Made by a program: the position numbers and the translations under genes. From a virus (taxonomy: Duplodnaviria > Caudoviricetes), in IMG/VR virus record IMGVR_UViG_3300021085_000025, positions 1,205 through 65,204 of that record: a DNA stretch of 64,000 bases; one strand, given 5' to 3'. Numbering within the stretch: the first letter of the stretch is position 1; each line of letters begins with the position of its first letter. The notes under the pieces were generated by a model that was given only the letters and a program-made list of their open reading frames with translations, searched no databases and was not told where the DNA came from. Shown here one piece after another: positions 1 to 9,010 of this stretch.

Positions 1-630
1 AAAGTGAATACCTTGACCTAATGTCTCATAGAAGAAAAAAGGACTTCCGTTGTCATACGATCTCCTTGTTAACCAGTTAATTAGATACATTGGTCGCATA
101 CGTGGATATACACCAGTAATAGTTTGTTTAGTCTCTGTGTTGATTGAGAGCTCTTCTGAGTCAATACCTAGTTCATCTGTACATATATTTTGTATCAACT
201 GTCCGGGTACATTGTTAAACGGTTTAGATAGAGTCTTTAGTTGTGACATATACGCATGCTCTGAGATACATTTGAATACATATGTCTGTGTGCCTGGTTT
301 TAGTTTGGCGAATGATGCAACCTCTGCTATTCTAAATGAATGTCTGTACTCATCCGATTCCCCTCCAGCTAGCCTTCTCGTTATCAGAAGGTCCAGTACC
401 TCTCCACTCACTACTTTTAGTTTTTCGAGCACATTTGCAGCATCCATTATATTGATATCACATTGCAATGAACCTGCATATAGGCTCTCTCTTATAGATA
501 TTTGTGCACACAGGTCTGTTATATCTACTGTCTTTCCATTACTAGGTGTGAGTACTACCTCTGCAAGGTTATATGACGATGGTATTAATGCCTCAGAACC
601 ATTGGCCAGCTTACTATTGACTCTACTCAT
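1..630 (-). CDS. Baseplate hub protein (gp27-like), truncated at window edge
   Basis: Minus-strand frame open from ATG 630 to the edge (MSRVNSKLANGSEALIPSSYNL...ISIRESLY...IMDAANVLE...FFFYETL); directly follows gp53 as in marine T4-like phages; absent from the ORF track. Confidence 0.65.
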   Translation of the reverse strand, partial: MSRVNSKLANGSEALIPSSYNLAEVVLTPSNGKTVDITDLCAQISIRESLYAGSLQCDINIMDAANVLEKLKVVSGEVLDLLITRRLAGGESDEYRHSFRIAEVASFAKLKPGTQTYVFKCISEHAYMSQLKTLSKPFNNVPGQLIQNICTDELGIDSEELSINTETKQTITGVYPRMRPMYLINWLTRRSYDNGSPFFFYETLGQGIHF

Positions 631-1444
631 TATTGATGACTGCCTTATACTTGTCTGCGAACTGTGTGATATACTTAGGATCTATGACTCTTATCTTAGA
701 TCTTGCCTCATTTGCATCGAATAGATATGCTCTATTGGTTCGAAATGCTAATTGTCCGGCCGGCTCTCCTCCAGATATGAATGTTCCGTTTGTGACGACT
801 CTCTTTTCAGGATCATCATTACGATAATATGAATGAGGGGCATCCAGGTACTTATAGACGTCATATGTGTCCACGCTATCTTCTGATTTGTTACCTGTTA
901 CTGCTTCTTTTGCATTACTTGGGCCTGGGGCAGAGGATCCAATGAATGAGCCAGTGACATCTTGCAATACTAATTGATTCATGTCTATATTCTTCTTGAT
1001 CAACGTGCCGGTGGCTCCACTGTTTGTACCCGTGAGAGTCTCTCCTAGCTCGAATCTACCTGATAGAGAGTTTTCTTGACTAAGTATGACACCTATATCG
1101 CCGGTTTCATTCACGATAGGGTTGGTCGTGATCACTGTTCCGGCGAATTCCTCTGCCATATACTTATGCAGCTTCTCTTGGCTCATCGGCCAGGCAGATA
1201 ATCCATCATGTAGAAAGTCATTCATGATGAAGAAGGTCCAGTAATACTGTGTCGTGCCATATAGGCGTTGCGATACGATGTCTGGTCTCTCTCCATTCTT
1301 GATATCATAGAACGTATATGCATTGAGATCATCAAGAAATGCAGCCAATGGACGTGCTGCCCTATAGATATCGACAACCTTTTGATTGACTCCATTACGA
1401 TCGAAGTCGTAGTTTAACTGTGGAAACTGTTTGAAATAACTCAT
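623..1444 (-). CDS. 53: Baseplate wedge protein gp53
   Basis: MSYFKQFP start; LysM-like YDIKNGERPDIVSQRLYG..YYW motif; next to gp48. Confidence 0.85.
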   Translation of the reverse strand: MSYFKQFPQLNYDFDRNGVNQKVVDIYRAARPLAAFLDDLNAYTFYDIKNGERPDIVSQRLYGTTQYYWTFFIMNDFLHDGLSAWPMSQEKLHKYMAEEFAGTVITTNPIVNETGDIGVILSQENSLSGRFELGETLTGTNSGATGTLIKKNIDMNQLVLQDVTGSFIGSSAPGPSNAKEAVTGNKSEDSVDTYDVYKYLDAPHSYYRNDDPEKRVVTNGTFISGGEPAGQLAFRTNRAYLFDANEARSKIRVIDPKYITQFADKYKAVINNE

Positions 1445-1450
1445 GGTGTC

Positions 1451-2296
1451 TTATGCTCCTCCGGAAACATTATTACTTGTCTCGTTTGTACGTACGGCTG
1501 ATTCGCCTGGCATATCACCAGGTGCACCGACTGAATGACCTGCATTATCGTATCCTTCTATATATGACAGACCAGCTGAATCGGAATATAGATCGTCTCT
1601 TGTCAGTGCTCTCACCTCTTGGAAGGTTAATGATATGTCTATCTCAGAAGGTGCCGCACCAAGATCTCCGTCATTTGTATGAAATGCATTACCGGTTGCA
1701 TTGTAATTTGTTGCCATTGTTGTCAGATATGTGTCGATAATACGTGGCATATACTTGTTTGGTAGGCCTCCTGCCATGAATTCGATACGAAATGTAGGTG
1801 GATATTCGAGTGTACCGGCTCCTCTGGACTTTGGATACATGTATTTGCGAAAGGCATTCTCTATCTGATGGGCAGTCAATGACTCTTCTTTTGATGTAGG
1901 AACAAGCTTAAATGCAAACTCGAATGATCTGACATTGACACCTTCGAATGTCACTGATGTAAATGGATTTACCACGACTCCGCTTTTTAACTCTGCAGCC
2001 TGGGCTACCTTGCTACCACCTTTTTTGAATTGTGCGGTGACGTTTGAAACAATATCAGAAGAATCAGCTGTATTACCGCCTGCAGCTCCGGCATCTGCTG
2101 CAGCTCCGACTATCCCTAGTTCTGCAGATCCATAATTCATGCTATCGCTTGATGCCATACCGATTGGAATGAAGAGATGTATATCTGTATATTCTCCCAT
2201 TTCGCCTCTGACCATTGAAAATGCAATGTGTGGAAAGCCATCTTCAGATACTCTAGACCTAAGAGTCGATGGAAATGTTAATATTGTGTGTGACAT
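1451..2296 (-). CDS. 48: Baseplate tail-tube cap gp48
   Basis: NPF...FEGV..RSFEFAFKLVP.S.EE and YP..F.IEF motifs; synteny. Confidence 0.8.
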   Translation of the reverse strand: MSHTILTFPSTLRSRVSEDGFPHIAFSMVRGEMGEYTDIHLFIPIGMASSDSMNYGSAELGIVGAAADAGAAGGNTADSSDIVSNVTAQFKKGGSKVAQAAELKSGVVVNPFTSVTFEGVNVRSFEFAFKLVPTSKEESLTAHQIENAFRKYMYPKSRGAGTLEYPPTFRIEFMAGGLPNKYMPRIIDTYLTTMATNYNATGNAFHTNDGDLGAAPSEIDISLTFQEVRALTRDDLYSDSAGLSYIEGYDNAGHSVGAPGDMPGESAVRTNETSNNVSGGA

Positions 2297-2310
2297 ATGC
2301 CTTTTACCTT

Positions 2311-2351
2311 TATAAATAGTAATACATTTAATAACTATAGATCTATTTATA
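2311..2351. promoter_or_regulatory. Divergent T4-type late promoters (TATAAATA on + at 2311-2318; on - at 2344-2351)
   Basis: Exact gp55 late consensus on both strands between divergent gp48 and gp4. Confidence 0.8.
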
Positions 2352-2794
2352 TGGCTTACAAAGGCAAATACACAGTAAAGAACAAAAAGAAATACGCAGG
2401 CGATCCTACCAAGGTGACATATCGGTCATTGTGGGAGCGCAATGCATTCCGTTGGGCAGAGTCTAATCCACAGGTACGTGCATGGAACAGCGAAGAGGTT
2501 GTTGTACCATATAAGTGCAAGACAGATAATAAGCTGCATCGCTATTTTGTTGATATGCTCATTGAGATGACCAATGGCGAAGTTATTCTGGTCGAGATTA
2601 AGCCTAAGAAGCAGACAACTCCTCCAAAGGCTGCACGTAAGACAAAAAAGCATATCAATGAGGTCACCACATATATCAAGAATACGTCTAAATGGAATGC
2701 TGCACAGCAATATGCAGAACATAAGGGTTGGAAGTTTCAAATATGGACTGAAGATACTTTAAAGAATTTAGGTATCAAAGTGTTGAAAGGATAG
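2351..2794 (+). CDS. 4: Head completion nuclease gp4 (TnsA-like)
   Basis: MAYKGKY..KN..KY.GD...YRSLWE, HRYFVD, EIKP motifs; start trimmed to ATG 2351. Confidence 0.9.
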   Translation: MAYKGKYTVKNKKKYAGDPTKVTYRSLWERNAFRWAESNPQVRAWNSEEVVVPYKCKTDNKLHRYFVDMLIEMTNGEVILVEIKPKKQTTPPKAARKTKKHINEVTTYIKNTSKWNAAQQYAEHKGWKFQIWTEDTLKNLGIKVLKG

Positions 2795-2802
2795 TATAAA
2801 TA
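2795..2802 (+). promoter_or_regulatory. Late promoter TATAAATA
   Basis: Exact consensus just upstream of gp2. Confidence 0.75.
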
Positions 2803-2807
2803 GTATC

Positions 2808-3398
2808 ATGGCAAGTTTATTCGATACATTACAGGCACAAGCGTTTAGGGCTGGAGTTACTCCTCGTACGAAAGAGTCTCAGAACTGGTTTAGACGTAAT
2901 GTCAAAAAATTAGGTGACGTTGGCGGTAGGAAAGTACTTAAGGATGATGCATTAGATCCTACGACGAAGCCTAGAGTAGGCGATATGATTATGTATTTCT
3001 ATGATCCGAAATATAAGGCAACTCTACCATACTATGATAGATTTCCTCTTACGATCATGGTAGAACCTGCAAAGGGTGGATTCTATGGGCTAAATCTGCA
3101 CTACCTTGCTCCTGGTGTGCGTGCAAGATTCCTTGATGAGCTCATGAAGTTAGCTCCAAAAAATATGAATGACACAACACGTTTGCAAAGAATGAGATAT
3201 AAAACTTTAACGGGAGTTAGAAAGTATAAAGAGTTCGAACCTTGCTTTAAGCACTATTTGATGGAACATGTCAAATCGAAAATGGTAAGAGTTCCTATGA
3301 CTGAATGGGAAATTGCAATATTTTTACCCACTGAAGAGTTTAAGAAAGTTAAAGCCGAATCAGTGTGGAGATACTCAAGGAAACAATACGCAAGATGA
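2808..3398 (+). CDS. 2: DNA end protector gp2
   Basis: YDPKYK.TLPYYDRFPL, GLNLHYL, FKHYL motifs. Confidence 0.9.
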   Translation: MASLFDTLQAQAFRAGVTPRTKESQNWFRRNVKKLGDVGGRKVLKDDALDPTTKPRVGDMIMYFYDPKYKATLPYYDRFPLTIMVEPAKGGFYGLNLHYLAPGVRARFLDELMKLAPKNMNDTTRLQRMRYKTLTGVRKYKEFEPCFKHYLMEHVKSKMVRVPMTEWEIAIFLPTEEFKKVKAESVWRYSRKQYAR

Positions 3399-4057
3399 AT
3401 AGCATAGACAACTTAAAGTCAACAATTTCTAAGAAAGGCGGCCTTGCAATGCAGAACCGCTTTCAAATATTCTTTACTCCTCCAACAGCAAACAGTCTTA
3501 AATCCCTAGTCAATAAAGACCCTAAGGCTTTGGTTGGAGATATTGCAAAGAATGCAATATCCGGCGGTTCGTTAAAGAATATGATTCCAGATCCTCGTGA
3601 TATATCAATATTGTGTGAATCAGTGCAGCTTCCTGGTAGGCAAATAACTACAATAGATTATACTGCAGATAGACAGACAATTAAGATTCCATATGGTATA
3701 ATCAACGAAGATGTAACTATGTCATTTCTGCTCACCAATGATTTTTATATAAAGAAGCTATTTGATAGTTGGATGTCGGGTATAGTTGATGTCGAAAAAT
3801 ATAGAGTGGGCTACAAGAAAGATTTTACAACTGATATAGTTATACAACAACTAAATCAACAGAATATTCCAGTATATGGAGTAAGATTAGAGGGTGCATT
3901 CCCTATCACTGTTAACGCAGTAAATTTGGATAGCAATGCTGAAAATACTATCCAAAAAATGAGTGTGACATTGAGTTACGAAAACTATGTACCAGAAGAT
4001 ATAGTAGACACTATTAAATCTACTGCTGGTGTCATAGGTGCAACGATTGGTATTTAA
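3395..4057 (+). CDS. 54: Baseplate-tail tube initiator gp54 (gp19-like fold)
   Basis: LCESVQLPG, FDSWM, AFP...L, VTLSYE tail-tube-family motifs; ATGA overlap with gp2. Confidence 0.7.
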   Translation: MNSIDNLKSTISKKGGLAMQNRFQIFFTPPTANSLKSLVNKDPKALVGDIAKNAISGGSLKNMIPDPRDISILCESVQLPGRQITTIDYTADRQTIKIPYGIINEDVTMSFLLTNDFYIKKLFDSWMSGIVDVEKYRVGYKKDFTTDIVIQQLNQQNIPVYGVRLEGAFPITVNAVNLDSNAENTIQKMSVTLSYENYVPEDIVDTIKSTAGVIGATIGI

Positions 4058-4074
4058 TATAATAGGAGAATATA

Positions 4075-4779
4075 ATGGCATTACCAAAGCTGGAGACATC
4101 ACGATTTGAGAGCGTGATTCCTTCTACAGGACAAAGGGTTTCTTACAGACCTTATCTTGTTAAAGAAGAAAAAATATTAATGATGGCTATGGAGACAAGC
4201 GATCAAAAACAAATTGTAAGAGCAACAAAGGATATTATTAAGTCATGTGTGTTTGATGATATTGACGTAAATAGCTTAGCAGTATTTGATGTAGAACACT
4301 TGTTTTTAGAGCTACGATCTAAATCAGTAGGTGAATCTATAGACTTAAAGATCAAATGCGAACATTGTGAAGCTTTAAACGAACAAAATGTTGATTTTAG
4401 TGAAATTAACGTTGATGTACCAGAATCAAATAATATTATCATGCTAACTGATGATATTGGATTGACTATGAGATATCCATCATTTGATGATGTAAGTAAA
4501 CTCGATGGAGATGATCAAGAGTCTATAGAGACTGCTTTTAATATCATACAGACTTGCATTGAAAATATATTTAATGAAGATGACGTGTGGTTGGCAAAAG
4601 ATGAAGGGCCAAAGAAGATGAAAGAATTTGTAGAGTCAATGACATCTTCACAGTTTGTTATGATACAAGAATTCTTTGAGAAAATGCCAGCTTTAAAGGC
4701 TGAGATTAAATTCGAATGTGTATCATGTGGTGAGCATAATACAACAGAATTAAAGGGTCTGCAAAGTTTTTTTACATAG
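4075..4779 (+). CDS. 26: Baseplate hub assembly protein gp26
   Basis: MALPKL...YRPYLVKEEKIL, LRSKSVGE, CxxC pairs, C-terminal LKGLQSFF. Confidence 0.85.
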   Translation: MALPKLETSRFESVIPSTGQRVSYRPYLVKEEKILMMAMETSDQKQIVRATKDIIKSCVFDDIDVNSLAVFDVEHLFLELRSKSVGESIDLKIKCEHCEALNEQNVDFSEINVDVPESNNIIMLTDDIGLTMRYPSFDDVSKLDGDDQESIETAFNIIQTCIENIFNEDDVWLAKDEGPKKMKEFVESMTSSQFVMIQEFFEKMPALKAEIKFECVSCGEHNTTELKGLQSFFT

Positions 4780-4826
4780 GCCTCTCTCACGATAGTTTAG
4801 TCAATCATTATAAGACTAACTTTGCG

Positions 4827-4961
4827 ATGATGCAGCATCATCAGTATAGTTTGACTGAACTAGATAATATGTTGCCGTGGGAGAGGGAGATATATGTTGC
4901 TCTCCTACAGGAGTGGATTAAAGAAGAAAACGATAGAATTAAGAAGGAAACAAGGAAATGA
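4827..4961 (+). CDS. 51: gp51-like baseplate assembly peptide (possibly the -1 frameshift extension of gp26)
   Basis: MMQHHQYSLTELDNMLPWEREIYVALLQEWIKEEN; frame is open from 4767; below the ORF-track cutoff. Confidence 0.75.
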   Translation: MMQHHQYSLTELDNMLPWEREIYVALLQEWIKEENDRIKKETRK

Positions 4962-5281
4962 CAGAAGAGATCGATGATAAATTAGACCACCCTGCCGATA
5001 CCAACGGTGATGGTAAAGTATCTGACGACGAGCATGCGATGTACGTAGAAGCTAAGAGAAAAGAGCTTGACGATCAGGATGCTATGCGAGATGCACAACG
5101 GAAAATGACATGGTTTGCATTAGGCGGATTATTGTTATATCCTGGAGCAGTCGTAATTGCATCTTTAGTCGGACTTGACGAGGCGATGAAGACTTTAGGT
5201 AGTATGGCACCAACATACTTTGTTGCCGTTGCCGGTATTGTAGCAGCCTTCTTTGGTACACAGAACTTTGGTAAAAAATAG
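4958..5281 (+). CDS. Small 2-TM membrane protein with EF-hand-like loop
   Basis: DTNGDGKVSDDE loop followed by two hydrophobic helices. Confidence 0.6.
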   Translation: MTEEIDDKLDHPADTNGDGKVSDDEHAMYVEAKRKELDDQDAMRDAQRKMTWFALGGLLLYPGAVVIASLVGLDEAMKTLGSMAPTYFVAVAGIVAAFFGTQNFGKK

Positions 5282-5290
5282 GAATATACC

Positions 5291-7033
5291 ATGGCAAAAG
5301 ATAACGTAGAACAACAAAATGAAGAGAGAAATGTTAAGCTTGATGAGATGCTAAAAACTTTGCAAAAGGCAAAGGAAGAAGAGCAAGAGTCACAGCAAAG
5401 GCTAGAAGCTTCAGATAAGTTAAATTATGCCTTACAGGAAAGAGGCAATGAATTAAACTTTGCACAAGCAAATGCTATAAATGAGTTATTGGATAGCATG
5501 AATAGTGAAGGCCAAGATGCAGAACAACGTAAAGAAGATACTGCAAGAGCCGAAAAGCTATTAGACCTCCTTGGCGACATTGCAAATAACACTGAAGATC
5601 TAGGTAATATTAGCGGTCCTGTAGAAGCAGCTTCCATGAGTATCTTATCTTTACCAGGTTTAATACTTGGATTAGGTGCTGGTTTGGTTGTTGGTATAGC
5701 ATCATCGTTTACAACACTTATTAAACTTCTAGGGAAGGGTCTTCTTAAAGCAGTTGCACCAATTGTAAAAAGTGTATTACGTCTTTGGAAAACGCTTTTT
5801 GGCGGAGTTTTTAAGTTACTTAATAAGATACCATTTGTCAAATCGTTTACTTCAAGTGTCAGAGGGTTTTTTAGTAATTTAGGGGGGCGATTTACCAAAG
5901 CCGGCAAATCTATTAGTCAAGCCTTTAAGCCATTAACTAACGGTATAAAAAATATCAAAAGCGCTTTTACTGCCGGGTTTTCCGGACTTAAAAGTTTCAG
6001 AACAGCGTCAGGACAGTTTGCCAAGCTTGGTAAAATTGGTAATATCGGAAAGGGTATAGCTCAGGGTTTAAAAAATGTTAGTAATGCAGCCGCAGGAATA
6101 AAGAACTCTCTATTAGCACCATTTAAGCAGATTGGCAAAGACTTAGCACCTATTAAGAAGCTAATGCCAAGCGGTGGAGCTAGTAAAATAATGAAACCAG
6201 CAATTGATACTTTCAAAAGAGTCATGAGTGTAATGCGATCTGTTACAAAAGCTGCCTTTGGTTTTGGTAGAATATTAGGTAAATTATTCCTTCCAATTAC
6301 GATTATTATGAGTGTGTTTGATACATTCAAAGGTGCATTGTCTGGTTTCGATAAGTATAAAGACAAAGGATTTCTTGAAGGTATTATTGGTGGTCTATTT
6401 GGTGGTATATCCGGATTGCTCACGGGTTTAATTGGTATGCCTCTTGATCTATTAAAGAGTGGAGTAAGCTGGATTGCTTCGAAGTTAGGCTTTGAAAACT
6501 TCTCCGAACAGCTTGATGCATTCTCATTCTCTGATATGATCAGCAACCTATTTACTTCTATTACAGATACTATTGTAGGGTTTATTGGTAGTATTAAAGA
6601 TTCTATTGCTGACATTGGTATTGGTGCTACAATAGCAAATGTAGCCCTTGAAATGCTAAAGATCTTTAAGAAGATCGCTACCTTTCCACTTGCAGTTGCT
6701 GCAGGTGCTGTGGCTGGATTAGCAGCTGCTTGGCCAGGTGGTGATAGTCCGGGTGAAGCCTTTATGAAAGGATTTAATAAAGTACAATCCTTTGGCGATG
6801 CTCAAATTGATTCTATGAAGATTCAAGGTGATGGTATGACGGAATCAGGTGAAGAAATTAAACAAACTTCAGCTGAAAATGCCCAAGGGCAAGCTTCTAA
6901 TAATGCTAACGCTGCAGCGAATGTTACTGCTGCTGCCATAAATAATAGTAAGAGCTCTTCCAGTGTAACGACGAACGTTAATATGTCTCCTCAAAACCGT
7001 ACAGCCGCAACAATCGCTGGTCCATACGGATAA
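5291..7033 (+). CDS. Tape measure/baseplate hub protein (gp29-like)
   Basis: 580 aa; coiled-coil N-terminus, amphipathic Gly/Ala/Lys helices, hydrophobic stretches; downstream of gp26/51. Confidence 0.65.
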   Translation: MAKDNVEQQNEERNVKLDEMLKTLQKAKEEEQESQQRLEASDKLNYALQERGNELNFAQANAINELLDSMNSEGQDAEQRKEDTARAEKLLDLLGDIANNTEDLGNISGPVEAASMSILSLPGLILGLGAGLVVGIASSFTTLIKLLGKGLLKAVAPIVKSVLRLWKTLFGGVFKLLNKIPFVKSFTSSVRGFFSNLGGRFTKAGKSISQAFKPLTNGIKNIKSAFTAGFSGLKSFRTASGQFAKLGKIGNIGKGIAQGLKNVSNAAAGIKNSLLAPFKQIGKDLAPIKKLMPSGGASKIMKPAIDTFKRVMSVMRSVTKAAFGFGRILGKLFLPITIIMSVFDTFKGALSGFDKYKDKGFLEGIIGGLFGGISGLLTGLIGMPLDLLKSGVSWIASKLGFENFSEQLDAFSFSDMISNLFTSITDTIVGFIGSIKDSIADIGIGATIANVALEMLKIFKKIATFPLAVAAGAVAGLAAAWPGGDSPGEAFMKGFNKVQSFGDAQIDSMKIQGDGMTESGEEIKQTSAENAQGQASNNANAAANVTAAAINNSKSSSSVTTNVNMSPQNRTAATIAGPYG

Positions 7034-7056
7034 AAAAAGGGATCCCGAAGGATCCC
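7032..7056 (-). terminator. Rho-independent terminator with C(UUCG)G loop
   Basis: Minus strand GGGAUCC-UUCG-GGAUCCC-U7, at the convergence of the tape measure gene and gp32. Confidence 0.9.
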
Positions 7057-7130
7057 TCAAATGTTTGCTACCAGGGCCCTGGTAGCGGTAGTGTGCGTTA
7101 ATAAAGCTTCCCGCTTACTCACACTTATTA
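7032..7130 (-). ncRNA. Candidate structured small RNA
   Basis: GATAAATA late-like box at about 7132-7139, then stem AGTGTG...CACACT, a perfect 20-bp palindrome 7067-7086 and the terminator. Confidence 0.35.
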
Positions 7131-7175
7131 TTATTTATCTCATATAGTTAGTATATTTTGCTAAACAAACTGACC

Positions 7176-8081
7176 TTAGCTTTGTTGAGCAAGTTTGTCG
7201 AAGTAAGACAGTGTGTCTTCTTCACCCTCATCACTACTATTAAGCGAAGCACTATCAGCCGCAGCCATTACAGGTTGCTCTACCACAGGGGCTGATTCCA
7301 TCATTGGGGCAGTATCCATTGACGCATGTCCTGCATCAATACCTAGTACTTTATTTAACTTAGCTTTAAGTTCGTCGTACGACTTATAGTTTTTAGGATC
7401 AGTGAAGTCTGCTAGAGAATATAGCTTATTGTATACCTCTTCTAGTTGACCTTCATCACCGTTATACAGTGCCGCTGCTGTAGCAAACTCTGACTTATCA
7501 TAGTTTACCCAACCTTCAACCTTTCGAATCTTAAGTTTAAAGTCAGCACCTTCCCAAAAATCATAAGGATTTACTGGTTGTTCATCTGCAAATTGTGGTT
7601 GCATTACATCCATGATTTTATCAAAGATCTTTTTACCAAATTTGTAAAGGAATACCTTTCCTTCGTTTTGTGGGTTAGCAGGGTCAGATACAACTAAGAT
7701 GTTTGACGCATAGTGTAAACGTCTCTTTCTATCCCTTGCTGTTGCTTTATCCTCATCACGACCAGAGTTCCATAACACAGAGTTCATCTCTGATACTGGA
7801 TCATCTTGACCGATAGTAGTTAAGCTATTTTCGATATACCATAGACCAGTAGGACCTTTAAAACCATGATCCCAATACCTTACCCAAGGAAGATCTTCAC
7901 CTTCTTTAGCTGGTAGGAATCTGATTACGGCATAACCGTTTCCTGCTTTATCTCTGGTTGGTTTCCAAAACCTATCATCGTCATATGACTTTGTTTCGGC
8001 TTTAGTAGACACAGCTTCCGCTGCTTGTACGAGTTTGTCGATTGACGAGCCTCGTGAGCTCTTTAGATTTGCAAATGACAT
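7176..8081 (-). CDS. 32: ssDNA-binding protein gp32
   Basis: DDRFWKP..DKAGNGYAVIRFLP, FGKKIFDKI, acidic tail. Confidence 0.95.
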   Translation of the reverse strand: MSFANLKSSRGSSIDKLVQAAEAVSTKAETKSYDDDRFWKPTRDKAGNGYAVIRFLPAKEGEDLPWVRYWDHGFKGPTGLWYIENSLTTIGQDDPVSEMNSVLWNSGRDEDKATARDRKRRLHYASNILVVSDPANPQNEGKVFLYKFGKKIFDKIMDVMQPQFADEQPVNPYDFWEGADFKLKIRKVEGWVNYDKSEFATAAALYNGDEGQLEEVYNKLYSLADFTDPKNYKSYDELKAKLNKVLGIDAGHASMDTAPMMESAPVVEQPVMAAADSASLNSSDEGEEDTLSYFDKLAQQS

Positions 8082-8166
8082 ATATTTTCTCCGTATTGCA
8101 TTGTATTAAGACGTAATTGTCTTTTCTATTTTTATTGCTGAAATATCCACGTTATTCATAATGTAT

Positions 8167-8196
8167 ATTATAACACATATGTGTTACTTTGTAAAC
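8167..8196 (-). promoter_or_regulatory. Early promoter GTTTACA-N17-TATAAT
   Basis: T4-early/sigma70-like consensus; one of 17 similar copies. Confidence 0.8.
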
Positions 8197-8774
8197 CCTT
8201 TTGTCAATAAATTTAAACATTTATTTCGATTAAAGCTTACGAACGGTTCATATTTTTCGATCAATCTACGAGTATCAGGCCATATAATGGTATCCGATAT
8301 GTTCTTAGACTCACGATCAATGAACTTAAATATGGCATTAAGAATGACAACAGTCTCTAAACTAATCTCTTCTTGCAGCCATAACTTTACAACAAGAGGA
8401 TATGCATTGTCGCTTGCTTTAAACAAGTAATCAAATTGCACATTCTCTTCTGTTAATCTATTTATATCAATTGAAAACACACGATGGATGCTTTCTTGAA
8501 TTCTTTTATGGTCTTTATAATTTTGTTCAGCCTCGCTATCCATCATATCACCAATGTATGTTTCTGTATTGATGAATTGTGAAACGTAGAAATCTTTTAA
8601 TTCTCCGTTATATTTTTTGGCCAATTTAGCAAAGAAATACTTATCTTTGCGTTTAAAGAAAGAGCTAGGTGTTACGTTAGACTTAAAGTTGTATTTAACT
8701 GCATCATAGTTAGACTCGAAGTGTAGCTTTAATGCGTTATACAGCTTGTATGATTCAAATGGATCTGTACTCAT
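8184..8774 (-). CDS. 59: Helicase loader gp59
   Basis: YKLYNALKLHF..YD..KYN, F.KRKDKYFF.KL, ISLET motifs; 33-59-32 order. Confidence 0.85.
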   Translation of the reverse strand: MSTDPFESYKLYNALKLHFESNYDAVKYNFKSNVTPSSFFKRKDKYFFAKLAKKYNGELKDFYVSQFINTETYIGDMMDSEAEQNYKDHKRIQESIHRVFSIDINRLTEENVQFDYLFKASDNAYPLVVKLWLQEEISLETVVILNAIFKFIDRESKNISDTIIWPDTRRLIEKYEPFVSFNRNKCLNLLTKGFTK

Positions 8775-9010
8775 ATCGGTAGCTTATTGCCCTTTTTGCC
8801 TCTGATTAAATTAAGTCTTATTGCTTCAGCTTCCATTTTATCTTTCAGAGAATCGGTCAATAACTTCTTTAAGTTAGTATAGTCCATGCCTCTCTGCTCT
8901 ATAATAAATGTAGCCGCATCTATATAAGACATATTGCCCTTTGCCACTAATTGTTCTACGGCTGTGGAGAACCGTTTCCTTGTCATAATTTTTTGTTCTA
9001 AATCAATCAT
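8771..9010 (-). CDS. 33: Late transcription co-activator gp33
   Basis: SYIDA...LKDKMEAEA.RLNL..KLPI; synteny. Confidence 0.85.
   Translation of the reverse strand: MIDLEQKIMTRKRFSTAVEQLVAKGNMSYIDAATFIIEQRGMDYTNLKKLLTDSLKDKMEAEAIRLNLIRGKKGNKLPI

Noticed and set aside
50-724. 224-aa plus-strand ORF
   Set aside because: Antisense shadow of the minus-strand baseplate hub gene (1-630); no recognisable motifs
5425-6615. Minus-strand ORFs of 160 and 184 aa
   Set aside because: Shadows of the tape measure gene
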